A DNA stretch of 64,000 nucleotides from Flectonema sp. DT1601 (taxonomy: Eukaryota), in the NCBI GenBank assembly GCA_964019425.1, contig OZ025795.1, forward strand, positions 310,001 to 374,000, read 5' to 3'. Positions 1 through 10,604 of this stretch are shown here, piece by piece; position 1 is the first letter of the stretch; each line of letters opens with the position of its first letter. The notes under the pieces were generated by a model, which was given only the letters and a program-made list of their open reading frames with translations, was not told the origin of the DNA and searched no databases. The translations under genes were made by a program, and so were the position numbers.

Positions 1-1171
1 ACTAACAATCGCTAAATACTTTCCTGAAGGAACTACCTTATGAACTTCTGACAATTGAATAATGTGAATGTCGTGTTTACGAACAGGCTTAACCTGACTG
101 TATGGAATAATAATTTGACACGACTGCTGCTTTGTAGCTTCAACTGGTCTGTCCATCAAACAAATAGTACGAGCAACCTGACCAACCTTCTTCACTCTGT
201 CGGGAAAGTAAGTTGGATCCCCGACGATAAAACGGGCCTTTGCATATCCTTCTCCGGTCTGAATTCCTTGGAATTGACCTGTTTTATAATTGAATTGGTT
301 ATTGTATTGTGTGTTAGTAGTAGTAGGGAATAATTGATAGTCAGGTGCTGTTTTTTTTATAAATAAATAACATACCGTCAGCTCCGAAGTCGATCTTCTC
401 AACAGGAGTGTCCAACATGTAGGTTCCACCGTAGACAGCAGAAAGTCTAGCGAATGCCTGAGGTAGTTCACCTAGTCCATAAAGTGGGTAAACGAATGGG
501 GAAACAGTACCACCCTCGTACATTGATAAGGATGCCTCGTAAAGAGCAATCTTTTGAATAGTTTCGTAGGCTCTCTTGTCGAGGTACTCCTCAGACTCGT
601 TGAGAGCAATTGCGTGTCCGATAAACTCAATCGTATCCTTTGAAAGACCAAAGTGAGAGAACACGGCACGCATAGTCTGTTCCATTGGGTTGAGCTTTCC
701 AAATGTTTTTGGGTTTTCCTTATCAAAGTCTTGCGCCCAGGCAAAGAATTTCGCTGCGCGACGCTTCTCCAAAATTCCCATCAAACTAGAAGACAAAGCT
801 TCTCTCTCAGTACAAGGTACTTTATAAACGTGTGATCCACGGGCAACAAAACTACCATCGCACAACATGAACTCCATTTGGTATCTGTTGACAACTGTAG
901 CTCTCAATATTTTAACTAACTCACCGTCAGCTAATAAGAACTTTGCAATCTGATCGACGTTGTAAAGATGAGATTTTCCCATCGATGCTGAAGGCTCTCC
1001 CTTTGAAAAGTTCTTGTACAGCTGGTCTAAATTTAATGACGCGCTCTCTCCTCCGTAGTATCTATTTCTGTCCAAGTGAAGGACCTTTAATCCGGCGACT
1101 GAAAGCAGACCTGATAAGATACATTCAGTTAGACCAGTACCACACACAACTGCATCATATTCTTCCTCCAT
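1..1171 (-). CDS. GDI1: Rab GDP-dissociation inhibitor (3' end runs off window); exons 1171-376 and 278-<1
   Basis: N-terminus MEEEYDAVVCGTGLTECILSGLLSVAGLKVLHLDRNRYYGGESASL and YPLYGLGELPQAFARLSAVYGGTYML are GDI hallmarks. Intron 279-375 (GTATGT...TACTAAC...AAAACAG) restores frame into GQFQGIQTGEGYAKARFIVGDPTYFPDRVKKVGQVAR. Confidence 0.95.
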
Positions 1172-1424
1172 TTTGAGAGTGCTCTGTGTGATGTTTAAAA
1201 TATGATAGTAAACTGTAACCTATAACCCATACTACTGCTGTGGTGTTAAGATTCTTACTCCTGTAGGGGGGTAATTGTGGTGCTTTTGGATTAGGGATGG
1301 CAGAAACAAGTCTTTTTGTTTGTAACATTTAGTTCTAAAGAAATTCTAAAAACAGCGACAAGTTCAGATATTATTATTATCTGGAGAGAATTATAGTTTT
1401 TTTTTTTTTTTTAATTACTTTTGA

Positions 1425-3596
1425 TTATTTCGTGTTAAGTAAATCGAGAACTTCTCGAAGGACGTCGTCAGCTCTCTGACCACCAGACTCGAGAGTACTT
1501 ACTACTTCCTGAAGTTGCTGTAAGTGCTCAGTTTTCTTCCGTCTGTCAGGTGACATTGAAGGGGTATTCGGAAGAGGAACGAATCTACGAGGTGTTGGTG
1601 GTGAGTATATAATACGATCTGGTGGGAGTGTTGTATCCCTCACAGCGCTTAATGCCTCTGGTGACCCAGGTCTAAACGGAGACAGACGCTCCCTAAGAGT
1701 TGTTCTTGGAGAGCCGTGAGGTGAATTCTGAGGAGAAGAATCAACAACAAGATGTCGTGGAGACAATGATAACCCTCGAGGTGAACCAGCTCTCAATGGT
1801 GTCATTGCTCTCAGGATTGGTGGAGTATCTGAGGCTGCCATACCGAGGATGTCTTGTTTGTCTTTTTCTGTAAAACCAAAATCAGATTTCGATCTATCAA
1901 TTGGTTCTGGAGATTTATATTCCTGAACCTGATGACCACTAAAGTTCTTAAATGAAAAACAATTAGCATCTCTATTCGTACAAAGAGATATCGAACACTG
2001 CATACCTGCGAGTGAATCCGATCGGATTTCACTGAGCAATGTGCGAAAAAAGATATTCCTGGGCGAGGATCGAATAACATTACAAAAACCAGTAGTTAGT
2101 GCCCCAATAGGAGGAAAGCCATCTGTAGTGGTGATGACTGTAGTGCATGGGTTGAGTGTATGAGGTGCTGGTAATTGCTGAGTCTTCGTCCCTCGACTGT
2201 TGCAGACGTTTTGATATTGCAAGTCGACAACAGTTCCTCCAGGAGCAACGTCTAAGAATAATAACAGTTGTGTTTGCCTTGAGATACCTGAAAATATTTC
2301 AGAAAGCTGTTGCAACTTAATAACCTTATCATCCGACGTTAACAATCCATTCTCAGTCACAGACCCACAGTAGTAGACAATTAATTTACTTTCTGACTTC
2401 GCATCTCTACACAACCAATCAAAAGCAAGTCGTAGATTGTGGTAGGTAGGTGTTGACCCTACAACTTTCTCAGACAATGCTACCTGTTGTCTGTATCCGA
2501 AATCACCAAGTAGTGCACTAAATCTAGTCTGTAAAGTATGTCCACCTGAGAGAGTTACCAAAATAGCTTTATTCAAACTATCGAGAGCAACAGATGGTTG
2601 TTTTCTTATTGGACTTCTGGATATTTCTGATGGGACAATTTCAACCATTCTAGAATTCGGTTTTTGCCATTGTTTTCTACCAGTCTCAGTATGAACATAA
2701 AAAACATGTCCAGTTCGATTCTCTACGCAGATCCATCCTCCAGGTAAATTTTCATCTAAACCAGGAGTACGAGGTTCCGGTCCGTACATTCTAACCAACG
2801 ACTTGAACAGAGATTCTTCCATTCCTCTATACTCATTTAATGTGTTGATAGCATTAGATAGTTTCTCAGGACAGTAGAAGTGATAAAACCGAAGTAACCG
2901 ATCTCTAAATAACGGAGTCGATGAATTCCCAAAATGCCGAACAGGCTCCATTGTCGGCTGTGATACTATTGGTGCTTTCATTCCTAGACTGTGTGTGAGG
3001 ACATGAACCGCTGTCCACCCTGAAGCAGGACAAAAGTCATAACGAGGTTTAAAATATACCCAAGTTAGACCTGAAGGGTTTGGTCTCTGAAAACAGAATG
3101 CTTTTACAATAGGATTGTTGAATGCGAATTCTTTTGCATCTGCGACTGTCATTTCTATTGGAGAACCGCAGATGTTTGGGCCATTTAAATAACCTTCAAA
3201 TACTCGTACTGCTGGAGTTGCTTCAGTGAAATTATCCAATTCCGGGACTCGAACTGGGGAGAAATGAGGAGATAAAGGAACGGTCGCGGATCGCTCTTCA
3301 AGGATTTGATCGTTAAATTGACCTCTTGGTGAGAGATAATCAGCTTCTTCGAAGTCACCTTTTCCCTTTAATGAAACAACTGTGTTCCCAAGAGAGACGC
3401 CACTGAAATATTTTTGAGATGGAAGTGACATTCCGCCAGATCGGGATATCGGTGATGCAGGCCTGACACCATACCCACCATCAAGATTCTTAAACTGGTG
3501 GTCTATGTAGCTACTTAGTGCACCAAAGTCATTCTCAACACGACTGGCCACTGGCCTCCTGCGAGGTGAGATCCTACTGGCAGCATCATAGTGCAT
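1425..3596 (-). CDS. WW-domain protein with degenerate metacaspase-like (peptidase C14) domain and SP-rich tails
   Basis: WW motif LPGGWICVENRTGHVFYVHTETGRKQWQKP. PTYHNLRLAFDWL..LIVYYCGSV..LLLFLDVAPGGTVVDLQY resembles metacaspase PT..NI..A..WL..LFFHYSGHG..D(C/S)CHSGT.LDL.Y. First ATG at 3596. Confidence 0.65.
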   Translation of the reverse strand: MHYDAASRISPRRRPVASRVENDFGALSSYIDHQFKNLDGGYGVRPASPISRSGGMSLPSQKYFSGVSLGNTVVSLKGKGDFEEADYLSPRGQFNDQILEERSATVPLSPHFSPVRVPELDNFTEATPAVRVFEGYLNGPNICGSPIEMTVADAKEFAFNNPIVKAFCFQRPNPSGLTWVYFKPRYDFCPASGWTAVHVLTHSLGMKAPIVSQPTMEPVRHFGNSSTPLFRDRLLRFYHFYCPEKLSNAINTLNEYRGMEESLFKSLVRMYGPEPRTPGLDENLPGGWICVENRTGHVFYVHTETGRKQWQKPNSRMVEIVPSEISRSPIRKQPSVALDSLNKAILVTLSGGHTLQTRFSALLGDFGYRQQVALSEKVVGSTPTYHNLRLAFDWLCRDAKSESKLIVYYCGSVTENGLLTSDDKVIKLQQLSEIFSGISRQTQLLLFLDVAPGGTVVDLQYQNVCNSRGTKTQQLPAPHTLNPCTTVITTTDGFPPIGALTTGFCNVIRSSPRNIFFRTLLSEIRSDSLAGMQCSISLCTNRDANCFSFKNFSGHQVQEYKSPEPIDRSKSDFGFTEKDKQDILGMAASDTPPILRAMTPLRAGSPRGLSLSPRHLVVDSSPQNSPHGSPRTTLRERLSPFRPGSPEALSAVRDTTLPPDRIIYSPPTPRRFVPLPNTPSMSPDRRKKTEHLQQLQEVVSTLESGGQRADDVLREVLDLLNTK

Positions 3597-3861
3597 CAAT
3601 TTATATGAATTAATAAACACACATTGTTCTATAATTCTGAATAAGAAAGTATTTGTTACCGTGTTTTTTTGTAGTAAAAAGAAAAAAACTTTATTTATAA
3701 TTTCTATAATGTAGGAACAAGCAATTTTTTTCTTTTCCGTTTTTTTTTTTTTTTTTTTTTTTGGCTAGAACAAATAATACGAAATCTATAATTCTATGTA
3801 GATGCGTGTAAGGCAATAACTTAAAAAACAAAAAACAAAAACATATTTTCCCCCAACTCAA

Positions 3862-6800
3862 CTAAGGAAACTGTATTTGAATATCCGACACGCCGAGTAG
3901 CATTCTTGCGACGTCAGTAATACTGCGAGAGAGACCTTTACTGCTTCCTATGATCGTAGCTCTATTCGAGATGGACGATGATTGCATAATCAAACAAACA
4001 GGATCATCAAGAGCCATGGCAGAGGTACATAAAGCTCCCTGATAGTCAGGAAGAACTGATAACAGGCTCGATGATGATTCACAAAGATCAAGTAAAAGTT
4101 GAGGTCTCTCGGATTCATCATTTATTTTTGATGAATTTCGTATCCATTCCACCTTTAGAAGTTCCCAAGTGTCTATGCAGTTTGCCAGATGTTCAAAGTT
4201 TTGTAAACCCGAATGACTGAGTGCTTGGTATCGACTCGGTTCACAACGACCTAAAGCCTGAGAATACAACGTTGAAAACAGCTGAATAATCTGAACCTCA
4301 ACAGGATCGACAGGTACAATTGAAAATCTTGGTATCCCAACCTTATCAATCGCTTCGCTTAGTTTTAATCGAAGAATTGTCGAATCCTTCCCCGATTCCA
4401 ATTTAAACGCAATTTGTCTATCAGACGGCTTCAAACTTTCCAAACATATATAAGCCCATCCCGCACAGCAATCCAATTCTTTCTCATCTCGTTTTATACT
4501 ACAACAAAGCTCAATAAACAATCCATGAGTCAATTTCTTTGATGTAGCATAAGTCAAATTAACTTGACTACTGCTTATTGGTGCTGCGCTGTAAGTTTCT
4601 TTGTCTTTTTGTAGTTTGCAAGGGATGGTGTGGATATAACCGTCTTCGAGAACTCTTTTTGTATTGGTAATTGAGAGTCTAACTGAGAAAGATTTCGCAT
4701 CAGGTGAAGGGTAAACATCATTTATTGAAATGATTTGAAGTAAAACTGACTCCCGCTGATCAGCTACTGTTCTGCGATGGGCCGGATTGTTGACAAGTTG
4801 AGTTCCCAGTTGAGAAGCCGATCGCGTCTTTCCTTTAAAATTCAACTGCTCCCTCGCAAGATGACTAAATCCAAGAACTCTATTTTCACGAATCATATTA
4901 AATAATAACAACGGTGGTGTCGCAAAGACTATCTGACTTAGTAGAAGTTTCAAACCGTTTACATAACCAGACCGCTTCGATTCTTCTACTGGAAGAAGAT
5001 GAGCCAGACAAGCTTGACAATCTAACATTTCTCTATCATATACCATACTACTTGTTATTGACAGCACAGATGACCAGGTAGTTAGTAATTGACTGAAGCA
5101 GGTTGCTTCATCTGTCGATGACGGTTTGATTGGAATTTCAATTTTATCACAAAACATCCATCTGTTGCCTTCCTTTACTAGTCTTGGTTTTGATAAAGCT
5201 CGGTGTTCTGCGGTGGTATTTTTACCTGCCCTTCGACTTACTTTCATTGTTAACGCTCCTAGAGTGAGAGTTATACTTTCCTTTCCGTCAGATCCACTTA
5301 AGCTGATTGGATCCACAGCGTTTAACAAAGTCTGCAAGAAGATACTGCGGGGTAGGTAGCCGCCATGAATTTTACTTCCAGCACGGGACATCTTACTAAG
5401 GAGTCGGGTCTTTATTCCAATACTACCGTTGGGGCTCATTAGTTTCTCTTGAATTGCTCTTACAAATCCAAGGTTTTTAGACTCCGTTGGCCTAAAATTG
5501 AAGTGAAGCCCACTGAGTATTTCATTCTCGCGTAAGAATGGAATACAACGAAGTAAATTTGCCGTTTCATGTGCTGGGAACGATCCATCTTTAGCAGCAG
5601 CTTTTTGATATAAAGGAGTGAGGAGTGGTATCAGTTTTGGATTCAATCTGTCAGGGACAAGTTCAACTTCTCGTGGAGGAGGCCTTTGTCTAGACTTCCT
5701 TGAGACAGTAGAAATAGTAGCACTGCTAAAGCTGCTGCTATCATCAGTTGTTAAAGCAGATGATGATGATGATGATGAAGAGGAAGACGTATTAGTAGTC
5801 GCAGCAACAGCTTTGCCAATAGTTGATTCTGAGAAATCACTCTCAGATGAGCCATCAGTTGTTGATGTTAGTGTTGAAGTCCAGGATGATGATGATGATG
5901 ATGTTCCAACGACGGGTTGTTTTTTTGAAGTATTTACAGCAACCTTTTTCTTACCATCTGATACAAATGCCGCAGCAGCAGCAGCTGTCACCCTCCTCTT
6001 CTGGACGGTACTCTCACTAGTGCTGTCGGATAAATCAGAAGAATCTGTTGAACTTGTAGAAGTCCCCGTTGAGTCAGTACTCGTACCACTCGTACTACTA
6101 CCAGTTGTTCCACTCGTAGATGTTGATGAAGTAGTTGTTCCAGAATTTGAAGTACTTTGAGCATGAACTACTGCTGGTGTTTTAATTACCTTCTTTACTT
6201 CAGAGATGTCCGAACTACCACTTGTTGAAGTTGAAGTACTACTCCCACTAGTTGTAGTACTCCCACTAGTAGTGGTCCCACTGGTGGAACTACCGCTGGT
6301 ACTTGACGATGATGTTCCTGTTGAAGCGGAACTTGTGCTTCCACTACTCACTTGAATTACTTCTACTTTCTTTATGACTCTAACTGTCTGAGGTGGTCCT
6401 GGTTTTGTTTTCTTCTGCAGTGCAACAACATTCACATTGTCGTCACTCGAATCATCACTGGAGTCAGATGACGAAGACGTTGACTGGTCTGTACTTCCAC
6501 TGCTGGTGGTACCACTCCCACTGCTGGTAGTGCCGCTAGTGGTAGTGGTGGTTCCGCTCCCGCTGGTGGTACCACTTCCACTGGTAGTGGATGTGGTTGT
6601 CCCTGTTGTGGATGATGAAGAACTTGATTGTGCGCTGGGCTTAGCAGGAGCGATGAGTTTTTTAGTACTGTCAGTCTGACTAGAGCTCCCTGTTGTTGAA
6701 CTGTCACTCGTATCTGTAGATGAAGAACCTGATGAACTACTTTGAGTTGTCTTTCCTGTTGCAGTAGTAGTTTGATGGACTCGATTAGTTGTTTCTGTCG

Positions 6801-7062
6801 TATTTGAATCAGAGCTGCTGGTTGAACTACTGCTGGTGTTGGTTGAGGATCCGGAAGTCGTTGAAGTTGATACTTCGAATTCTGATTCAGATTTAATATT
6901 TTGAACTTTCTTAGTCTTTTTGATTACCTCCGTCACTTCCTCACTCGAACTTCCAGAAGCTGACGACGTCGAACTACTACCGTGAGATGAGGAGCTCTCT
7001 GTAGTTGAAGAACCACTTTCACCACCACCAGCAGACTTATACCTCGAGTTCTCCCTAACCAT
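3862..7062 (-). CDS. Ser/Thr-rich low-complexity protein with C-terminal region resembling nephrocystin-1 (NPHP1) C2-like domain
   Basis: 1066-aa ORF; first ~450 aa are S/T/G/D-rich. LGFSHLAREQLNF, VRLSITNTKRVLEDGYIHTIPC and LFIELCCS..ELDCCAGWAYICL resemble recalled NPHP1 motifs. CDS is solid; the family call is tentative. Confidence 0.5.
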   Translation of the reverse strand: MVRENSRYKSAGGGESGSSTTESSSSHGSSSTSSASGSSSEEVTEVIKKTKKVQNIKSESEFEVSTSTTSGSSTNTSSSSTSSSDSNTTETTNRVHQTTTATGKTTQSSSSGSSSTDTSDSSTTGSSSQTDSTKKLIAPAKPSAQSSSSSSTTGTTTSTTSGSGTTSGSGTTTTTSGTTSSGSGTTSSGSTDQSTSSSSDSSDDSSDDNVNVVALQKKTKPGPPQTVRVIKKVEVIQVSSGSTSSASTGTSSSSTSGSSTSGTTTSGSTTTSGSSTSTSTSGSSDISEVKKVIKTPAVVHAQSTSNSGTTTSSTSTSGTTGSSTSGTSTDSTGTSTSSTDSSDLSDSTSESTVQKRRVTAAAAAAFVSDGKKKVAVNTSKKQPVVGTSSSSSSWTSTLTSTTDGSSESDFSESTIGKAVAATTNTSSSSSSSSSSALTTDDSSSFSSATISTVSRKSRQRPPPREVELVPDRLNPKLIPLLTPLYQKAAAKDGSFPAHETANLLRCIPFLRENEILSGLHFNFRPTESKNLGFVRAIQEKLMSPNGSIGIKTRLLSKMSRAGSKIHGGYLPRSIFLQTLLNAVDPISLSGSDGKESITLTLGALTMKVSRRAGKNTTAEHRALSKPRLVKEGNRWMFCDKIEIPIKPSSTDEATCFSQLLTTWSSVLSITSSMVYDREMLDCQACLAHLLPVEESKRSGYVNGLKLLLSQIVFATPPLLLFNMIRENRVLGFSHLAREQLNFKGKTRSASQLGTQLVNNPAHRRTVADQRESVLLQIISINDVYPSPDAKSFSVRLSITNTKRVLEDGYIHTIPCKLQKDKETYSAAPISSSQVNLTYATSKKLTHGLFIELCCSIKRDEKELDCCAGWAYICLESLKPSDRQIAFKLESGKDSTILRLKLSEAIDKVGIPRFSIVPVDPVEVQIIQLFSTLYSQALGRCEPSRYQALSHSGLQNFEHLANCIDTWELLKVEWIRNSSKINDESERPQLLLDLCESSSSLLSVLPDYQGALCTSAMALDDPVCLIMQSSSISNRATIIGSSKGLSRSITDVARMLLGVSDIQIQFP

Positions 7063-7583
7063 ATTGTCTAAGTGGTACTGTAGTAAGAAGATAGTAAGGA
7101 ATCATTTCATAAATAAACATTTATCAGAGAATGAATTTTGTTATTTATGTCGCCGTATGCCTGCCTTAAAGAATTGATGCGTTACATGAATACATCACAA
7201 CAACACTTCACAAATGTCTACACGAATATAACTCAACCATATGCTACAAGGAATTTAATTTGAGAATACAAGTTCGTTCTACAGCAGTCAGAACTCGGTA
7301 CTCACAACTATAAAAGAGAACAATAAAGAAAAAGGGGAAGTAACAGAGAACTGGAACTGCGCATTAAAAAGAAAGAAAAAAAAAAGCTTTCGAAACTTAA
7401 AAGAAGGTACATGGGATACTGTTTTACTGGGTTTGATAATTGTTCATCTCTTTGTTATTCCTCAAGAGCATTTTTAAAAAAGAAAAGAAAAAAGAACATA
7501 AATACTATCATTGTACAAGAAATATAGATACAGGTGTTATTTTTTTTATTTTTTTATATTTCATATTCAAAAAAAAAAAGTTT

Positions 7584-10127
7584 TCATTGTTGAATTCCGT
7601 TTCTTTCGAGGGCGATCTTTTGCATTTGTTTAAACCTATCAGAACCAATGATATCTGAAGTACTTAGTGGAGATTGAGATTTTCTAGGAGGAGACCGAAG
7701 TGATGATCTTTGAACTGGGATGTCAAGATTGCCGAACTGATTCGAAGCTCTCTCCACTTCAGATTCAGCAACCGACCGCAATGCTTTTGAATGAGACAAA
7801 AGCTCAGACGTTATTTGACTTCGAGCATCAAGCAATGGTGACTGCTGGTATGATGGTTGAAATCGAGTAGCCATATTCTCAACAACATGAACTAGTTGTT
7901 CATTTTTTGATTGAAGTTCATTCATCTGACGAGTCATGCTAACAACCTGTTCTTGAAGATTAACACCACTTGATATTTCTACACCTCCTCCTTCGTATCC
8001 ACCACTTAATAGCATTGCACTTAAACTACAACCATCATGGATGCAGCATTCTTGAAGAGTGTAGTTTTCTCTCAGAGGACTATTGTTAAAAAATAAATCA
8101 AAAGTGCTTGGAGTTGGCATACCAGCTTGTGAGTAAAGTCGATTCTTTACAGAGCCTACAGTCTCTGATGACCTACAATCGATTGTTAGCATTTTGTATG
8201 GTATTCTACCAACATGATGAATGTCGTTTTTGTCGTTTATGTATGGCAGTGTTTCATCTATAATTGTTATTTTGAGAACATGTGAACGCGGTGATGGTGA
8301 TCGTGATTGTGACTGAGACTGTGAATATCCAGACTCAACACCACCACCATCATACATGTTCAAAACAGATGTCGATGAAATCCCATATGATGTAAGCAGT
8401 CTGTTATCAATAAGTGATTCACCACACCATTCTAAGACTTGGTTAGAAATAGGAATTCGTTCTTTCTCTTGGATTCGTTGCTTTAAAGAAGCAACAGTAG
8501 AATTATAAGGTACCGCCAACCGTACCTTGTGCCTCCCTTCGATATTAATAATAACATTACTAAGACCTGAAGATCTCGATATGTGTAGTGTATCACCAGA
8601 TTTAATACCATAAGATGATAACGTTCTGGTGTCTTCTAACTTTCTCTTTCGCCCATCAAGTAGTTGCTGTGAAAGACATTGGTTAAAGCTAGGCACTCCA
8701 TTGATTCCTTGTATTCTCAATTTCACTACAGATACGGTATCCGATGGGGAAACATTCTTTATAACAAACTCAACACCCGGTTCTGACAACTGCTGAACAA
8801 CAATCGTCATCTCATGTGGAGTTGCGTAGTTTAAATTATTAAAACCAGCTGGATCCGATGCAGGCGAAGCCGAATATATCTGCCCCCTCGACGTTGGCAC
8901 GGACTCGAACTGTGGGATAGCATTATTAAAAGACGGTGCTGGAATAGAAACAGCCGGTTGCTGAGGCTGTGCTTGTCCGTATATTTCAACATCACCAGGG
9001 GTAGGAGTAAAAAGAGAACTACCCATTCTGACAAGCCCACTTATTAGTTCTCCTAGGGTACCTGCTTCTATACTTTTACCATTTTCGAAATCAATCCTTC
9101 GAACAGCTCTGACTAAACTGCTAACTGGAGCTTCAGAACGCCATCCAACTCTACTCTGTTCTTGAAGATCTCGAAGTCCTTGAATCTTTTCCTTAAGTTG
9201 TTGAGCTTCAGTGTATTGTTCTGCCTTCACTGCTGCTTCTTTCTTCGCCATGAGTTCCTCCAATTCTGATGAAAATGGTTGACGAGCAGCACCACCAACA
9301 CCAGTATTAACCAAATGTGCTAGTTGATACGCCTGGTTGGGGTGTAGTTTTGCTGATGGTACTGCAGGGTCGACACCAGTGTCAGTGCTGGTTTGTTTTT
9401 TTTGTTCGGCTGTTGCTTCCAGTTTTGGATCTGTTGTGGGTTTTGCGGCTTCAGTCTCAACAGGTTTGTGTAGTTTTACTCTGGGTAGGCCATCTGGGCT
9501 TATTTCTTGAACAGTTGCTTCTTTCCATGGTTGAGAGTCATCGTCGCGGAATAATATTTTGTCACCAACTTTGTAAGTAGATCTCGGGGAGGTAGAAGTA
9601 GGGCTGGATAAACTCTTGAGCATTTGTTCTTTTAATCGACGTTCTTCGTCCTCTCGTTCTTGCGCTTTTTTACGACGATCTTCGTCCTCGCGTAGGCGCT
9701 CCTCACGTTCTCGCTTTCGACGTTCTTCATCGCGATCCATTGTTCGCCATCCTACTTCAATCCAACCACCGTTTTCATCGTGGGTCACATCACTTTTTAA
9801 TTGAAGTCGTTTTCTTGTTTCTTTATTATTATCAGACGTTACAAACAATTTAGCATAACTCATTACCATTTCATGAGGAGCATACTCAGGCTTATGAACT
9901 ATCTTAAATGTCAAGGCATTCCTCAACCTTCCAACTGTTTCCTTACTTGTTCCTTTTACTACATCATTCCAAACAGGGTCTCTTGTGTCTGTTACTTGGA
10001 AAGATGATCCTATCTTCTCTCCTGCGTATTCAATATTTACTTTCGGATTACATCTTCTATGTGTGTGTTCTGATCTGAATCCCAGAACGTTCTTCGCCTG
10101 GTAGATGTCAAACACCCACGAGGTCAT
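7584..10127 (-). CDS. Multidomain protein: C2 domain, coiled coil, Tudor/SH3-like barrel, UVR domain, three ubiquitin-like domains
   Basis: C2: FDIYQAKNVL..NPKVNIEY..DTRDPVWND. Barrel: YKVGDKILFRDDDSQPWKEATV. UVR: LEELMAKKEAAVKAEQYTEAQQLKEKI. Ubl x3: SDTVSVVKLRIQ..LEDTRTLSSYGIKSGDTLHI; STVASLKQRIQEKERIP..LIDNRLLTSYGI; SETVGSVKNRL..LRENYTLQECCIHDG. Likely ATG at 10127. Confidence 0.8.
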   Translation of the reverse strand: MTSWVFDIYQAKNVLGFRSEHTHRRCNPKVNIEYAGEKIGSSFQVTDTRDPVWNDVVKGTSKETVGRLRNALTFKIVHKPEYAPHEMVMSYAKLFVTSDNNKETRKRLQLKSDVTHDENGGWIEVGWRTMDRDEERRKREREERLREDEDRRKKAQEREDEERRLKEQMLKSLSSPTSTSPRSTYKVGDKILFRDDDSQPWKEATVQEISPDGLPRVKLHKPVETEAAKPTTDPKLEATAEQKKQTSTDTGVDPAVPSAKLHPNQAYQLAHLVNTGVGGAARQPFSSELEELMAKKEAAVKAEQYTEAQQLKEKIQGLRDLQEQSRVGWRSEAPVSSLVRAVRRIDFENGKSIEAGTLGELISGLVRMGSSLFTPTPGDVEIYGQAQPQQPAVSIPAPSFNNAIPQFESVPTSRGQIYSASPASDPAGFNNLNYATPHEMTIVVQQLSEPGVEFVIKNVSPSDTVSVVKLRIQGINGVPSFNQCLSQQLLDGRKRKLEDTRTLSSYGIKSGDTLHISRSSGLSNVIINIEGRHKVRLAVPYNSTVASLKQRIQEKERIPISNQVLEWCGESLIDNRLLTSYGISSTSVLNMYDGGGVESGYSQSQSQSRSPSPRSHVLKITIIDETLPYINDKNDIHHVGRIPYKMLTIDCRSSETVGSVKNRLYSQAGMPTPSTFDLFFNNSPLRENYTLQECCIHDGCSLSAMLLSGGYEGGGVEISSGVNLQEQVVSMTRQMNELQSKNEQLVHVVENMATRFQPSYQQSPLLDARSQITSELLSHSKALRSVAESEVERASNQFGNLDIPVQRSSLRSPPRKSQSPLSTSDIIGSDRFKQMQKIALERNGIQQ

Positions 10128-10277
10128 GTTTGTTCTATTTTTTGTGACATACTGAAGACATAAATGAATTATATATTTACTGACAGACTTCATCACCATA
10201 CTCGAAATGTCCTCCCGAGATTCCCAATAACATAAACAGCTCTTGACAGCTACCGTGTACTGAGTACTACAATAAGA

Positions 10278-10343
10278 ATATCTTCCGAGGTTGTCTGGAC
10301 CCACAAAACATAAAGAAGGTCGTGCAGGGGATTCGACTCGGCT
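10278..10343 (-). ncRNA. Single-hairpin H/ACA-like (AGA box) snoRNA H2; predicted SSU target UUGUCUGG-Psi-U-GAUUC
   Basis: Lower stem CCGAG/CUCGG, upper stem CCUGCA/UGUGGG, AGA 3 nt from the 3' end. Pocket arms GAAUC and CCAGACAA lie ~15 nt from AGA. Site corresponds to human 18S Psi1367 (recalled). Confidence 0.7.
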
Positions 10344-10409
10344 ATCCTTCAAGAACAGGCAGGCAATACGATGAATGGAACAACGCACTCACAACAGCAG
10401 GGCAACAAA

Positions 10410-10502
10410 AGGATCAGCTTGAAGGCCGAAATTACTTGAAATCAATAAAAAGGATTTTCATACGAACGAGATCTATTGGGTAATTTCTATATCATCATGA
10501 GA
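10410..10502 (-). ncRNA. Box C/D snoRNA family A, copy 1 (double guide)
   Basis: C box AUGAUGA (10498-10492), D box CUGA (10417-10414). D guide antisense to LSU UUGAAGGCCGAA. D' (AUGA) guide antisense to SSU ACGAACGAGAUCU; the D'+5 rule gives the A equivalent to human 18S Am1383 (recalled). Confidence 0.85.
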
Positions 10503-10544
10503 TATTGTGGAATCAATAACAACAGAAGGAAGAGAACGGCAATA

Positions 10545-10582
10545 GAAGGGTTGTGTGTGTTATCCATCATGTGAATCATGTG
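10545..10582 (-). pseudogene. Truncated 5' fragment of snoRNA family F (C-box end only)
   Basis: Near-identical to the C-box end of family F (11646-11683) but lacks the guide, D' and D boxes. Confidence 0.6.
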
Positions 10583-10604
10583 AAGGAAGTGAATGTTCGA
10601 AGAC

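Noticed and set aside
5618..6679. Plus-strand Val/Leu/Asp-rich ORFs
   Set aside because: Antisense shadows of the Ser/Thr-rich coding region.
10190..10196. Isolated C box (GUGAUGA) at the cluster's 3' edge
   Set aside because: No D box at a suitable distance and no recognisable guide.
10128..10388. N-terminal extension of the 934-aa ORF
   Set aside because: It starts at a non-ATG codon and overlaps the H2 snoRNA and the putative trans-splice acceptor.
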